From positions 106,814 through 170,813 of the forward strand of contig CAWGXL010000010.1 in assembly GCA_963826535.1 (NCBI GenBank): DNA of 64,000 nucleotides. Direction: 5' to 3'. This stretch comes from an uncultured bacterium. GTDB lineage: Bacteria > Patescibacteriota > Microgenomatia > Levybacterales > UBA12049. The notes beneath the pieces were generated by a model. The model was not told where the DNA came from. It did not search any database and saw nothing but the letters and a program-made list of their open reading frames with translations. Positions 46,177-56,862 of this stretch are shown here, in pieces; positions within the stretch are counted from its first letter, which is position 1; the number at the start of each line of letters is the position of its first letter. A program made the translations under genes and the position numbers.

Positions 46177-47691
46177 ATGGGTGTAATCCAAAAACATTGG
46201 TTGCTAATTATTACGGTTTTATTATTAATAATTCTCTACTTTGCAACTCGTCTCTATAATATTCTTGGGTTACCCATATTCACCGATGAAGCAATTTACA
46301 TCCGCTGGTCCCAAATTGCCCTTAACGATGCAGCCTGGCGTTTTATTTCACTTACCGACGGCAAGCAGCCAATGTACGTATGGATCGCTATGCCTCTTCT
46401 TAAATTTGTCGAAGATCCGCTACTTGCCGGAAGACTTGTATCTGTCTTAGCGGGATTTTTTACAACAATTGGTATATTTTTTCTAACTAAGGAAATATTT
46501 AAAAACCAAAAAACATCCTTTCTGGCATGTCTAATCTATATTTTATTCCCATTCGCGCTGGTATATGACCGTTTAGCCCTCTACGACTCGCTTGTTGCAA
46601 TGTTTATAGTCTGGTCACTCTACTTTGAAGTCTTACTGGCAAAATACGTTAGACTTGATCTGGCTCTTATCCTGGGGATGATAATTGGAGCCGGCATGCT
46701 CACGAAAAGCAGTGCTGAATTTGCACTTATCCTATTGCCATTTTCACTCTTACTTTTTGACATTAAAGCTAAATATCGTAAACAAAGACTAGTTTCTTGG
46801 ATTATATATGCAGCAGTTTCTGCGATCCTCGCAAATATTATATATATGGTTTTGCGGCTCTCACCCTTCTTTTACATCATCGATCAAAAGAATCATGTCT
46901 TCATTTATACGATCGAAGAATGGATCAAGCAGCCATTTGCTTCACTATTTAATAATTTAAATCTTTTTGAGAGTTGGTTGATAGAATACACAACTATTCC
47001 TTTCTTAATACTTGTCATCGCCGCATTTTTAATACGCTCTAAATTTAAAAACGAAAAAACACTTTTATATTTATGGTTTCTTATTCCGCTAATAAGTACT
47101 GCTTTTTTCGGAAAACAAGTTTATCCAAGATTCCTGTTATTTATGATTGTACCGCTCATACCTATAGCTGCATACACTTTGTTTTTTCTCTTTGAAAAAA
47201 CTAGATACTTCTGGCTAAAAGCACTAATATTCATGAGTTTTATTTTAATGTTTCTATTAAATGATTATTATATTATCAATGATTTTAATAAAGCATTAAT
47301 ACCGGAAGCAGATAAGGGACAATTTATTTCTGGCTGGCCATCAGGTATCGGAGTTACCGAAACCGTGACGTTTCTAAAGGAGGAAGGTAAAAACAAGAAA
47401 ATATTCGTCGGAACCCAAGGGACATTTGGTCTTATGCCTTATTCTCTGGAAATATTTCTAAATAAAAATCCCAACATCAAAATAGCAGGGTACTGGCCGA
47501 CCAATGACACACCACCAAAAGAAGTGTTAAGTAATGCTTCAAAAATGCCAACCTATTTCGTTTTCTATCAAGCCTGTCCCTCCTGCAGTGCTATAGGTAT
47601 AGCCCCCGAATCCTGGCCTGTTAAGGAGATTTTTCAGATAAAAAAGATAGAGAAAAACAGTTTTTACACTCTCTACCAAATTAATCCCTAA
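46177..47691 (+). CDS. GT-C membrane glycosyltransferase, ArnT/PMT (GT39/GT83)-like
   Basis: First-loop PIFTDEAIY (DE motif) after TM1; ~12 TM; 504 aa. Confidence 0.65.
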   Translation: MGVIQKHWLLIITVLLLIILYFATRLYNILGLPIFTDEAIYIRWSQIALNDAAWRFISLTDGKQPMYVWIAMPLLKFVEDPLLAGRLVSVLAGFFTTIGIFFLTKEIFKNQKTSFLACLIYILFPFALVYDRLALYDSLVAMFIVWSLYFEVLLAKYVRLDLALILGMIIGAGMLTKSSAEFALILLPFSLLLFDIKAKYRKQRLVSWIIYAAVSAILANIIYMVLRLSPFFYIIDQKNHVFIYTIEEWIKQPFASLFNNLNLFESWLIEYTTIPFLILVIAAFLIRSKFKNEKTLLYLWFLIPLISTAFFGKQVYPRFLLFMIVPLIPIAAYTLFFLFEKTRYFWLKALIFMSFILMFLLNDYYIINDFNKALIPEADKGQFISGWPSGIGVTETVTFLKEEGKNKKIFVGTQGTFGLMPYSLEIFLNKNPNIKIAGYWPTNDTPPKEVLSNASKMPTYFVFYQACPSCSAIGIAPESWPVKEIFQIKKIEKNSFYTLYQINP

Positions 47692-47745
47692 CAATAAACT
47701 TATTAATTAATTTAATATTCATTTTTTGATAGAGAAGCTTTACAT

Positions 47746-49311
47746 ATGTTATGGTTTTGGAAAAATAAAATTAAGTTTCTCACGCTGTTTTTGCTTTTAA
47801 TTGCAGCTATACCTTCGATTATTCCGCTTTTCCATAAAGGGTTTTTTGTAACTGACGATGGCGAATGGATGATCATACGCTTCGCGGCATTTTATTCTGC
47901 ATTACGCGATGGTCAATTTCCTGTCCGTTTTCTACACACGCTAAACTCCGGTTATGGCTATCCTGTCGGGACATTTTTATATCCGGGATTTATGTATTTT
48001 GCTATTCCTATTCAAATCATTACATCAAACTTTGTCGACACGATAAAAATAATTTTCGGATTATCATTGATCGGGTCAACGCTTTTTACCTATTTATGGT
48101 TAAGCAAATTCTTTTCAAAAACCGCGAGCGTTATTGGCGCAATAGTTTCTCTTTATTTGCCCTATCATTTGTATGACATTTATACACGTGGTTCAGTTGG
48201 AGAAGTATTAGCATTTGCATGGATCCCATTTATATTTTGGATGATTGAAAGAAAGAGTATTTTTTACCCGGCAATTGGAATAACATTTCTTATTCTTTCT
48301 CATAATACCATTGCTGCGCTATTCCTCCCCATAATTATTTTTTATCTGGCATTAAAAATTTATTCAGATAGAAAAAAATGGCCAATACATATGCAGGCTT
48401 TTATGTTAGCAGCTGGGATCGGGATGGCAGTGTTTTTCATCGGGCCTGCATTTTTTGAGCTGCAACTTACCAAATTTACGCAAGTAAAAGTATCAAACCC
48501 ATTTTCATATTTTGCAGACATAAATTTAATTGGTCCTGTTTCCATTTTTATTTTTATAATTGCAATAGTTACTTACCTTTTTAAAAGAAACAAAATAAAA
48601 AATTACAAAAATATTTTAATTATGTTTTTTATAATAACTGCTATCAGTTTATTTCTAAGCACGTCATACAGTACAGATATTTGGAAAATAACCAGCACAT
48701 CATGGATACAATTTCCATTTAGAATTTTGTCTATTCTTATTTTTTCTATATCATTCCTTACAGCATTTGTTCTCACCGAAATAAAAGGGACAATGAGAAC
48801 ATTTTTATTATTTTTAATTATTATTCTACTGGTTATGTCAGCTCTTCCATTTAGCACTCCAAAGGAGTTTCTTGATAAAGGTGAGTCCTTCTATTATACG
48901 AATGCTGCAACAACAACAGTTCAAGATGAATATATGCCGGTTTGGGTAAAGCAAAAATACCTTCAAATGCCGGAAAATAAAGTTGATATAATAAATGGGC
49001 AAGGTAGTGTTAGGGATATTCTATATAACAATAAACAAATATCATTCTCAGCTGATATTGGGAAAAATGCGTTTATTCAAGTTAATACAATTTATTGGCC
49101 CGGATGGAACGCATATGTTGATGAAAAACTAGTACCAATTTCATATGACAATCCAAAAGGCGTGATGAGACTAAATGTTTCATCAGGGAATCATTTGATA
49201 AAATTGAAATTTAGTGAAACTCCACCTCGTTTAACAAGCGATGCTTTGTCTTTAGCAAGCTTGATAATAATCTTATTTGTTTGTATAAAAAGAAGATATG
49301 AATACTTTTAA
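47746..49311 (+). CDS. YfhO-like GT-C membrane protein (large polytopic N-domain, TDDGEW loop motif, C-terminal beta-rich domain YWPGWNAYVDEK)
   Basis: 521 aa; paralogous to the next gene. Confidence 0.55.
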   Translation: MLWFWKNKIKFLTLFLLLIAAIPSIIPLFHKGFFVTDDGEWMIIRFAAFYSALRDGQFPVRFLHTLNSGYGYPVGTFLYPGFMYFAIPIQIITSNFVDTIKIIFGLSLIGSTLFTYLWLSKFFSKTASVIGAIVSLYLPYHLYDIYTRGSVGEVLAFAWIPFIFWMIERKSIFYPAIGITFLILSHNTIAALFLPIIIFYLALKIYSDRKKWPIHMQAFMLAAGIGMAVFFIGPAFFELQLTKFTQVKVSNPFSYFADINLIGPVSIFIFIIAIVTYLFKRNKIKNYKNILIMFFIITAISLFLSTSYSTDIWKITSTSWIQFPFRILSILIFSISFLTAFVLTEIKGTMRTFLLFLIIILLVMSALPFSTPKEFLDKGESFYYTNAATTTVQDEYMPVWVKQKYLQMPENKVDIINGQGSVRDILYNNKQISFSADIGKNAFIQVNTIYWPGWNAYVDEKLVPISYDNPKGVMRLNVSSGNHLIKLKFSETPPRLTSDALSLASLIIILFVCIKRRYEYF

Positions 49312-51043
49312 AAAGTTTTTACCTATAATTATTATTTTAATCTTGTTGTATTGGGCAATAAAACCTTTATTTATGCCGGGATTTTTTCCGATCCATGATG
49401 ACGAGCAAGTGGGGAGATTGTACGATTTACATCTGGATGTAATATCAGGGCATTTGCCGCCTAGGCTCTCGCAAAATTTGGGGTATGGATATGATTATCC
49501 ACTTTTTAATTTTTATCCATCTTTTATTTATTACGTTGCCGAAATATATCATCTCTTAGGTTTTTCTTATATAACGTCAATAAAATTAATGATTGCAACC
49601 GGATTTATCCTTGCTGCATTGGCTATGTATGTCCTTTCAAAAGAATATTTTGGAAAATTAGCAGGTGTAATATCATCATTAGTTTATACGTATTCTTCCT
49701 ATCATAGTGTTGATGTATATGTTCGGGGAGCATTGCCGGAGTTCTGGTCATTTGTTTTTTTACCGGCAGTATTTTGGAGTTTTACAAAGCTGGCGAAAAA
49801 GCCTGGAGATTTTTTCACAGTAATTTCAGGAATATTTTTGGCAGCATTTGTGTTAACGCATAATCTAATTGCCATGATGAGTGCTCCCTTTATCGTCTGT
49901 TTTCTTATTTATCTTTATTTTGTTACAAAAGACAAAAAACGATTTGTTTTATCAGCAATTTTTTCAGGAATAATAGGTGTCTGTTTATCCGCATATTTTT
50001 GGCTGCCTGCCATTTTAGAAAAACAATACACAATGGTAAGCGTGCTAACAACTGAGTTAGCAGATTACGCAATACATTTCGTTTATCCTATTCAGTTTTG
50101 GTACTCACCATGGGGATATGGAGGATCAACCGTAGGGATGGGAGATGGACTCTCATTTCAAATTGGTAGAATATATTTTCTTTGTCTAATTGCAGTTTGT
50201 ATTTATGCCTTTATGCTATTAAAAAAACAGAGAAAGACAGCAATATTGTTGCTTTTGCTTCTTGGTCTTTTTATCTTTTCGCTTTTTATACAAACCTCAC
50301 ACTCTAAGTTTATTTGGGATGCACTGCAATCGTTGCTGGCGTATATTCAATTTCCCTGGAGATTCTTGGTGCTTAGTTTTTTTATAGCTTCGTTTGCTCT
50401 TGGAGCACTTTTTGCAACCCCCTTTCCGCTTTATAAAAAGAAAAATTTTGTATATTTACAATATGTTTTAGGAATATTTGTTGTATTCGTTGTTATTTAT
50501 AAAGCTTCTACGATTTTTAATCCATCAACATACCTTATTAATGTGAGAGATCAAGATTATACTAGTCAGGATGTAATGCGATGGAAAACAAGCAACATGG
50601 CATTTGAGTATGTACCAATAGGAATAGCTACGAAAAAATCAGCAAGAGGTAATACTGTTGTTGACATCAAAGAATCTCAAATAGCGAATGGGCCATTTTC
50701 AGTTATTTACGGAAATATGAAGATAAAAGTAACAAAAGACATTCCCCAGGAAAAATCAGCAATAGTAACCGTTAAAAAAGACGGAATATTGCAATTCAAT
50801 GTTTATACATTTCCTGGATGGCAAGTCTTCGTAAATAATAAAGAGCGGGCTTATTCCGCAAACAATTCCTTGAGATTGTTGAGAATTACCTTGGCTGAAG
50901 GCGAGCATGTAGTTGTTGCTAAATTTAATGATACGCCTGTCAGAATTGTAGGAAATTCGCTTTCAGCTATCACAATTATAGGAATTTTGCTATTTGGGGT
51001 TTATTATATGGTTTTACCAACTATGAAGAAAATAAGGAAATAG
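49298..51043 (+). CDS. YfhO-like GT-C membrane protein, tandem paralog (HDDEQ loop, GYGYDYP, C-terminal YTFPGWQVFVNNK)
   Basis: 581 aa; start overlaps the upstream stop by 14 nt. Confidence 0.55.
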   Translation: MNTFKKFLPIIIILILLYWAIKPLFMPGFFPIHDDEQVGRLYDLHLDVISGHLPPRLSQNLGYGYDYPLFNFYPSFIYYVAEIYHLLGFSYITSIKLMIATGFILAALAMYVLSKEYFGKLAGVISSLVYTYSSYHSVDVYVRGALPEFWSFVFLPAVFWSFTKLAKKPGDFFTVISGIFLAAFVLTHNLIAMMSAPFIVCFLIYLYFVTKDKKRFVLSAIFSGIIGVCLSAYFWLPAILEKQYTMVSVLTTELADYAIHFVYPIQFWYSPWGYGGSTVGMGDGLSFQIGRIYFLCLIAVCIYAFMLLKKQRKTAILLLLLLGLFIFSLFIQTSHSKFIWDALQSLLAYIQFPWRFLVLSFFIASFALGALFATPFPLYKKKNFVYLQYVLGIFVVFVVIYKASTIFNPSTYLINVRDQDYTSQDVMRWKTSNMAFEYVPIGIATKKSARGNTVVDIKESQIANGPFSVIYGNMKIKVTKDIPQEKSAIVTVKKDGILQFNVYTFPGWQVFVNNKERAYSANNSLRLLRITLAEGEHVVVAKFNDTPVRIVGNSLSAITIIGILLFGVYYMVLPTMKKIRK

Positions 51044-51063
51044 GCTTCAATAGGATAAATATT

Positions 51064-52533
51064 ATGTTTAAGCACCCAACTTTTAAAAAAATAATACATA
51101 GCGAATTGGCATTTTTTGCCTCATTGTATGGTCTAATCCTATGTATTTTTTATAACGCATTTCATATAAATTTTTTTGCTGATGATTATTTTTTTCTTAA
51201 AATAAGCAGAGCGCAAACTATTGGCGATTTTATTCATTTATATTCACCAGTTAGAGATTATTCGTATAAGCCTTTAGGCGGCGAAACTTTTTATTTTATA
51301 CTGCATCAATTAAATAATAACGTAGTATTAGGTCATTTAATTATGTTTATAACTTATTTTGTTGGAATTTTCTACTTATACAAAATAATAATTTTTATGA
51401 CTAATAATAAAAACCTATCTAAGCTGGTAGTTCTTCTTTACGGAGTTAGTTTTATTCATGTTTTTCAACTCTATTGGTTCGGAACATATCAAGAAATTGC
51501 ACTTTTTTGTTTTTTAACTATATCTTTTTACGAATTTATTAGAAAAAAATATATTCTGAGTGTCTTGTTTTTTGTTTTTGCCTGTTTATGTAAAGAAACT
51601 GCTGTCTTGTATGTACCATTCTTATTTTTGTTGACTCTTTTTAGAGATAAAGGAAAAATAATAATCAAAAATTATTATCCCTTGGGGATTTTTGTAATTT
51701 TCACGGCAGTATTTTGGTTGATTTATAAAACAGGATTAGATCATGTCACAAGTCTTGATAATTATAAAATAAATTGGAACTTGAAACTACTGTTGAATAA
51801 TTTTATGTGGTACGGTCTTTGGGGTGTGGGTTTTCCAAATTTCATGCCTGATTATTTTACAAGTATTTTTTCAAAACCTCTTCCTGTATTTTGGGATATC
51901 ATTAAAAGTCATGATATAAAAATTTATTTTAATCAACTAATTATTTATTTGTTTTTATTTATTGGTTCTTTAGCGGTGTATCTATTTTTCTATAAAAAAG
52001 AGCTTAAAAAATATACTTTTTTATTAGTTTTTTCACTTTTTGGTTTTTTACTATTTCTAGGTCCAATACTTTTTTTTACTCATAAATGGATGATCAGGCT
52101 AACTATACCGTTAGTTTTTATTAGTTTTTTTCAAGCCTATTTTCTTGTTGATTTATTTCGTAAAAATATGCTAACCAAAGCAATAGCAATCATTCTCATT
52201 GCTCTCTATTTCAGTTGGAATTTTTATGGTATAAAAACGCATGAATCGTCAAGTTTATATCTTTTGGAAAATGATATTTATATTAAGGCAAACGAATATT
52301 TCTCGATACACAAAAATCAAATAGAAAGTAAAAGATACATTTATTTTAAAGATGATATTAAAAATAAAAATGATATTTTTAAAAATTCTCAAAAACTTAA
52401 ATTGAGTTTTCATGATCAAAGTTTTCTTGATCATTTTTTCCCCGGTTACAAGATGACTGCTGTATATAATTTTGAAACTTCTAAAATACCTTCAAATTCA
52501 TTCATTATTAATTCTAGTTCAATTTTTAATTAG
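51064..52533 (+). CDS. Polytopic membrane protein, putative GT-C glycosyltransferase (FFADDYFF loop motif)
   Basis: 489 aa, >10 TM. Confidence 0.45.
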   Translation: MFKHPTFKKIIHSELAFFASLYGLILCIFYNAFHINFFADDYFFLKISRAQTIGDFIHLYSPVRDYSYKPLGGETFYFILHQLNNNVVLGHLIMFITYFVGIFYLYKIIIFMTNNKNLSKLVVLLYGVSFIHVFQLYWFGTYQEIALFCFLTISFYEFIRKKYILSVLFFVFACLCKETAVLYVPFLFLLTLFRDKGKIIIKNYYPLGIFVIFTAVFWLIYKTGLDHVTSLDNYKINWNLKLLLNNFMWYGLWGVGFPNFMPDYFTSIFSKPLPVFWDIIKSHDIKIYFNQLIIYLFLFIGSLAVYLFFYKKELKKYTFLLVFSLFGFLLFLGPILFFTHKWMIRLTIPLVFISFFQAYFLVDLFRKNMLTKAIAIILIALYFSWNFYGIKTHESSSLYLLENDIYIKANEYFSIHKNQIESKRYIYFKDDIKNKNDIFKNSQKLKLSFHDQSFLDHFFPGYKMTAVYNFETSKIPSNSFIINSSSIFN

Positions 52534-52619
52534 TGTTAAGAACTTAATAAAGTAAGAAGTGACATGGTATATAGCTATTTAGATTGTCTCTCAAGCTGTT
52601 CTGCTATAATTTAGTTATT

Positions 52620-53339
52620 ATGAGTTTCAAGCTTCCTGAAATGTCTATATTTTTCCCTTTTTGGAATGAAGAAGCAAATATTGCGCAGGTTGTTTCAAAA
52701 GCAATCCCTGTTGCTGAAAAAGTAGCATCAAAATGGGAGATAGTCATGGTTGATGATGGATCAGCAGATGATACATTAAAGATCGCTAAAAAACTTGCAA
52801 CCAAAGATAAGAGGCTAAAGATTGTATCATTGCATCCTAATAGGGGCTATGGTGCTGCTATTAAAGCGGGACTTGAAAAAGCAAGGTATGAATACATAGT
52901 TTTTACAGATGGAGACGGCCAATTTGATTTCTCAGAAGTGGGTAAGTTCGTTGAATTAATTAAGGAGGCAGACATGGTCATAGGCTTCAGGAAAAAAAGA
53001 AACGATGCCAATCTCTTCAAAAGGCTACTACTCATGAATCTGCTCAAAGTTTGGGATTTGGTTCTTTTTCGTTTTTATTTCCGGGATATAGATTGCGGAT
53101 TCAAAATGCTCACTAGAAATGGCTTAGATAAAATCAGCCCCCTTCGCTCAGAAGGAGCCATAATTACTACGGAAATTTTGGCAAAAGCTAAAAAAAAGAA
53201 ATTAAAGATCAAGGAAGTTGGTGTCAGTCACTACCCAAGAATTTACGGAGCACAATCAGGCGCTAATTTCCCCGTCATTCTTCGGGCAGTTTTAGAAAGC
53301 TTTCAACTATGGTACGATTTACATTATGGAAGAACTTGA
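52620..53339 (+). CDS. GT2 polyprenol-phosphate glycosyltransferase (Dpm1/ArnC-like)
   Basis: FPFWNEE...IVMVDDGSADDT...YIVFTDGDGQFD motifs. Start uncertain (track ORF begins 52584). Confidence 0.75.
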   Translation: MSFKLPEMSIFFPFWNEEANIAQVVSKAIPVAEKVASKWEIVMVDDGSADDTLKIAKKLATKDKRLKIVSLHPNRGYGAAIKAGLEKARYEYIVFTDGDGQFDFSEVGKFVELIKEADMVIGFRKKRNDANLFKRLLLMNLLKVWDLVLFRFYFRDIDCGFKMLTRNGLDKISPLRSEGAIITTEILAKAKKKKLKIKEVGVSHYPRIYGAQSGANFPVILRAVLESFQLWYDLHYGRT

Positions 53340-54783
53340 TCTCGCGATAGTCACCAAACGCTCCATGAGTGGTGTTTTTGCATTGGTTTCACGCTCCTTT
53401 CTTGTGCAGATTCTAGCAATTGTTAGTAATTTTGTCTTAACTATCTATCTTGAGCCGTCGATGTTTGGTATTTTCTTTGCGGTATCTGCAATAAATGTCT
53501 TCCTCGCCTATTTTCAAGATGTCGGTCTCGCCGCGCTCATTATCCAAAAAAAACTAGAACCGACGCTTGTGGAGCTCCGCACCACATTTACAATACAACA
53601 AATTCTGGTTCTCTCAATTGTTATTCCTGTTTTTCTTTTTGCAACAAACATTGCCGCATTTTTTCATTTGAATCAAGATGGGTTGTATGTACTGTACGCG
53701 TACTTGGCTTCTTTTATTCTTTCTTCCCTGAAAACAATTCCTACCGCGCTTCTTGAAAGAAAGTTGGAATTTCAAAAATTAATCATTCCACAAATTGCTG
53801 AAAGTATTCTGTACAGTGTGGCACTGATTATTTTTGCTGTTATGGGCTATGGTGTGATGACATTTACTATCGCAATTCTTCTGAGAAGTATCATCGGACT
53901 TCCGCTGATTTATATGGTACAACCATGGGATATAGGTGTGGCGTTTAATAAACGCTTAGTAAAAGAACTTCTTACTAGAGGTTCTCCATTTCAAGGAAAC
54001 AGTATCTTGGGATTGGTGAAAGATGATTTATTAAATTTATATATCGCGTCTGTATTACCACTGACACAAGTTGGATATATAGGATTTGCACAAAAATGGG
54101 CGTTCATGCCGCTGCGACTTGTGATGGATAATGTCATCAAAGTTACGTTCCCGTCCTTTAGTAGATTACAACATGATAAAGAAGCATTAAGAAAAGTTAT
54201 AGAAAAATCTCTATATCTCATCTCGTTCTTTATTTTTCCTATTGTCGCAGGCTTTATCACCTTTTCAGCTCAGTTAATTGCATTTATTCCCCGTTACGAA
54301 AAATGGGAACCGGCGATTATTGCTCTTATGTTTTTTTCACTGAATGTGCTTTTCGCCTCAATTACTGTTCCGTTAACAAATTTTCTCAACGCGATAGGTA
54401 AAGTGAATATCACACTGAGCTATATGGTTTTTTGGACGATACTTTCCTGGGTACTGACGGTGTTTTTCATACAGAAATTCGGATATAATGGAGTTGCCGC
54501 AGCTTCAGCCATTGTTGCAGCAAGTGTATTATTGATTCTGTATCCAGTTAAAAAAGAAATTAATTTTTCATTTATTGCTCCCATTTGGAAGCAATTTATA
54601 GCAGCGCTAATTATGGGATTATTTGCTTTCGCCACCCGGGAATTTGTACACTCGTTATTGCAATTAGGAATTCATATTATATTGTCTTGTACTGTTTATT
54701 TGGGAATATTATTTCTTATCTCAAAAGATGATCTTTTCAAAACGATAAGCTTTATCAGGAAAACAATAAGAAAAGAAAAATGA
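53326..54783 (+). CDS. Wzx-like oligosaccharide flippase (polysaccharide biosynthesis protein family)
   Basis: 485 aa, ~12-14 TM, MOP-superfamily pattern. Confidence 0.65.
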   Translation: MEELDLAIVTKRSMSGVFALVSRSFLVQILAIVSNFVLTIYLEPSMFGIFFAVSAINVFLAYFQDVGLAALIIQKKLEPTLVELRTTFTIQQILVLSIVIPVFLFATNIAAFFHLNQDGLYVLYAYLASFILSSLKTIPTALLERKLEFQKLIIPQIAESILYSVALIIFAVMGYGVMTFTIAILLRSIIGLPLIYMVQPWDIGVAFNKRLVKELLTRGSPFQGNSILGLVKDDLLNLYIASVLPLTQVGYIGFAQKWAFMPLRLVMDNVIKVTFPSFSRLQHDKEALRKVIEKSLYLISFFIFPIVAGFITFSAQLIAFIPRYEKWEPAIIALMFFSLNVLFASITVPLTNFLNAIGKVNITLSYMVFWTILSWVLTVFFIQKFGYNGVAAASAIVAASVLLILYPVKKEINFSFIAPIWKQFIAALIMGLFAFATREFVHSLLQLGIHIILSCTVYLGILFLISKDDLFKTISFIRKTIRKEK

Positions 54784-55697
54784 AAAAACTTTTTATTTCA
54801 ATTCTCAATTATAATGGTGAGAAAGATACAAGAGCATGCTTGGAGTCTTTATCAGCCTGTATTACGGATGGGATTGATCTTAGGGTGGTTGTCATTGATA
54901 ATAATTCTATCGATGGATTTTCTACGAAGGAAGGTGATTTTCCAAAACTAAAACTAGCTATTATAAAAAACTTCAGCAATGAAGGATTCTCTGGGGGACA
55001 TAATAAAGGGATAACATTAGCTCTCAAAAATAATGCAGATTATATAATGGTCCTCAATAACGATACAATTGTCGATAGTCATTTCATTGTTAATTTGGTT
55101 ACGGTATTGGAGGAGGAAAGTTCCATCGGAGTAGTCATCCCAAAGATCTACTTTGCCAAAGGACATGAATTTCACAAAGGTAAATACAAGCAGGAAGAGT
55201 TAGGAAAAGTCATTTGGTATGCAGGAGGTTTTACTGACTGGAACAACATACAGAGCGTTCACCGCGGAGTTGATGAAGTTGATCGTAGTCAATACGATAA
55301 AATTGAATCTACAGAATTCGCGACCGGTTGCTGCATGCTTTTCAAACGGGAAGTTTTGGAAAAAGTCGGTTTATTTGATGAAAGATATTTTCTATACTAT
55401 GAAGACGCAGATTTATCACAACGTATAAAGAAAGCAGGATTTAAGATTTTTTATGTTCCCACCGCAATGTTGGTTCATTTTAACGCATCTTCTTCAGGAG
55501 GGCCGGGCAATAAATTGCATGATTACTTTTTGACCCGAAACCAAATGCTTTTCGGCATGTCATATGCTCCCCTTAGGTCCAAAATTGCCTTAATAAAACA
55601 AAGTTTACATTTACTCGTGAATGGTAGACCTTATCAAAAGATTGCCATTAGAGATTATTATTTGCATAAATTTGGAAAGGGGTCATTTTTCAAATGA
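54780..55697 (+). CDS. Glycosyltransferase family 2
   Basis: ISILNYNGEKDT...VVVIDNNSIDG; 305 aa. Confidence 0.8.
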   Translation: MKKLFISILNYNGEKDTRACLESLSACITDGIDLRVVVIDNNSIDGFSTKEGDFPKLKLAIIKNFSNEGFSGGHNKGITLALKNNADYIMVLNNDTIVDSHFIVNLVTVLEEESSIGVVIPKIYFAKGHEFHKGKYKQEELGKVIWYAGGFTDWNNIQSVHRGVDEVDRSQYDKIESTEFATGCCMLFKREVLEKVGLFDERYFLYYEDADLSQRIKKAGFKIFYVPTAMLVHFNASSSGGPGNKLHDYFLTRNQMLFGMSYAPLRSKIALIKQSLHLLVNGRPYQKIAIRDYYLHKFGKGSFFK

Positions 55698-56455
55698 GCA
55701 AGATTTCAGCAATCATTATAACTAAAAATTCCGAAAATCTAATTGCCGATTGCATAGAATCAATCAGCGGACTGGCGGATGAAATAATTGTTATTGATGA
55801 TGCTTCTACCGACCGTACAGCCGATTTAGCCAAACGCCTAGGCGCCCGTGTAGAGATCCATCCTCAGACACATGTTGACTTCGCCGAAAAACGCAACCTC
55901 GGATTAAAAAAAGCCAAAAACAAATGGATTCTTTATATTGATGCCGACGAAAGAGTTTCTTCGGAATTAAAAGAGTCCATCTTGGAAGTTATAAATCTAC
56001 GTAAACCTGAATATCAAGCCTTCAAAATTCGCCGCAAAAACTTTTATTTTGGCTCCCACCCTTGGCCGTATATAGAAAAATTGGAAAGATTGTTTAATAA
56101 ATCTTCGTTAAAAGGCTGGCAGGGAAAAGTGCACGAGACGCCTTTGTTCGATGGAAAGATTAGTGAATTAAATGGTTACTTACTGCATTACACACACAGA
56201 GATTTAACTTCTATGGTAAACAAAACCATATCCTGGTCCAAAATCGAAGCAGAATTGCGCTACAAATCGCATCACCCTCCTGTGTATTGGTGGCGTTTTC
56301 CCCGTGTCATGCTTACAGCTTTTTATAATTCATATGTCCAACAAAAGGGATACAAGGCCGGAACAGTCGGGCTAATCGAAAGTACTTACCAGGCTTTCAG
56401 CATATTTATTACCTACGCACGCCTCTGGGAAATGCAACAGAAGAAAGACCAATAA
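55694..56455 (+). CDS. Glycosyltransferase family 2
   Basis: ISAIIITKNSEN...IIVIDDASTDRT...YIDADE (DXD motif); 253 aa. Confidence 0.8.
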   Translation: MSKISAIIITKNSENLIADCIESISGLADEIIVIDDASTDRTADLAKRLGARVEIHPQTHVDFAEKRNLGLKKAKNKWILYIDADERVSSELKESILEVINLRKPEYQAFKIRRKNFYFGSHPWPYIEKLERLFNKSSLKGWQGKVHETPLFDGKISELNGYLLHYTHRDLTSMVNKTISWSKIEAELRYKSHHPPVYWWRFPRVMLTAFYNSYVQQKGYKAGTVGLIESTYQAFSIFITYARLWEMQQKKDQ

Positions 56456-56549
56456 CATATTGAAATCTTCAGAGCAGATTATACACTTCGAGTAGTTTTA
56501 GTACCATGGGGTAAATCTAAAGTAGAATTTTATTATGACTTCCGGAAAG

Positions 56550-56834
56550 CTATTTAACTTTTACAAAGAACATATTTTTAAACCAAGTCTTTGCCTCATG
56601 AATTGTTAGTCTTTTCTTAGCAAAATAAAACAAATAAACAAGCTCTATTATACCACCAGTATGTATAATCATGAAGAATATAAACCAATTTCTCTGATTA
56701 AGTCGCGCGCTTCGCCAAAGAACAATACCCGACCAAAGAAGAGACCAAAATAAGATAATATAATATAGCCAAGAAGGAACTCCATTAGGACTCATATATA
56801 GAAACATGGTAACATGAGGAATATGCATATGCAA
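56550..56834 (-). CDS. Small membrane protein (2 TM), hypothetical
   Basis: ORF track; it is the only minus-strand gene inside the + strand glycosylation locus. Confidence 0.4.
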   Translation of the reverse strand: MHMHIPHVTMFLYMSPNGVPSWLYYIILFWSLLWSGIVLWRSARLNQRNWFIFFMIIHTGGIIELVYLFYFAKKRLTIHEAKTWFKNMFFVKVK

Positions 56835-56862
56835 GAGCCGCGAAAATTGGTAAAATCAAACT

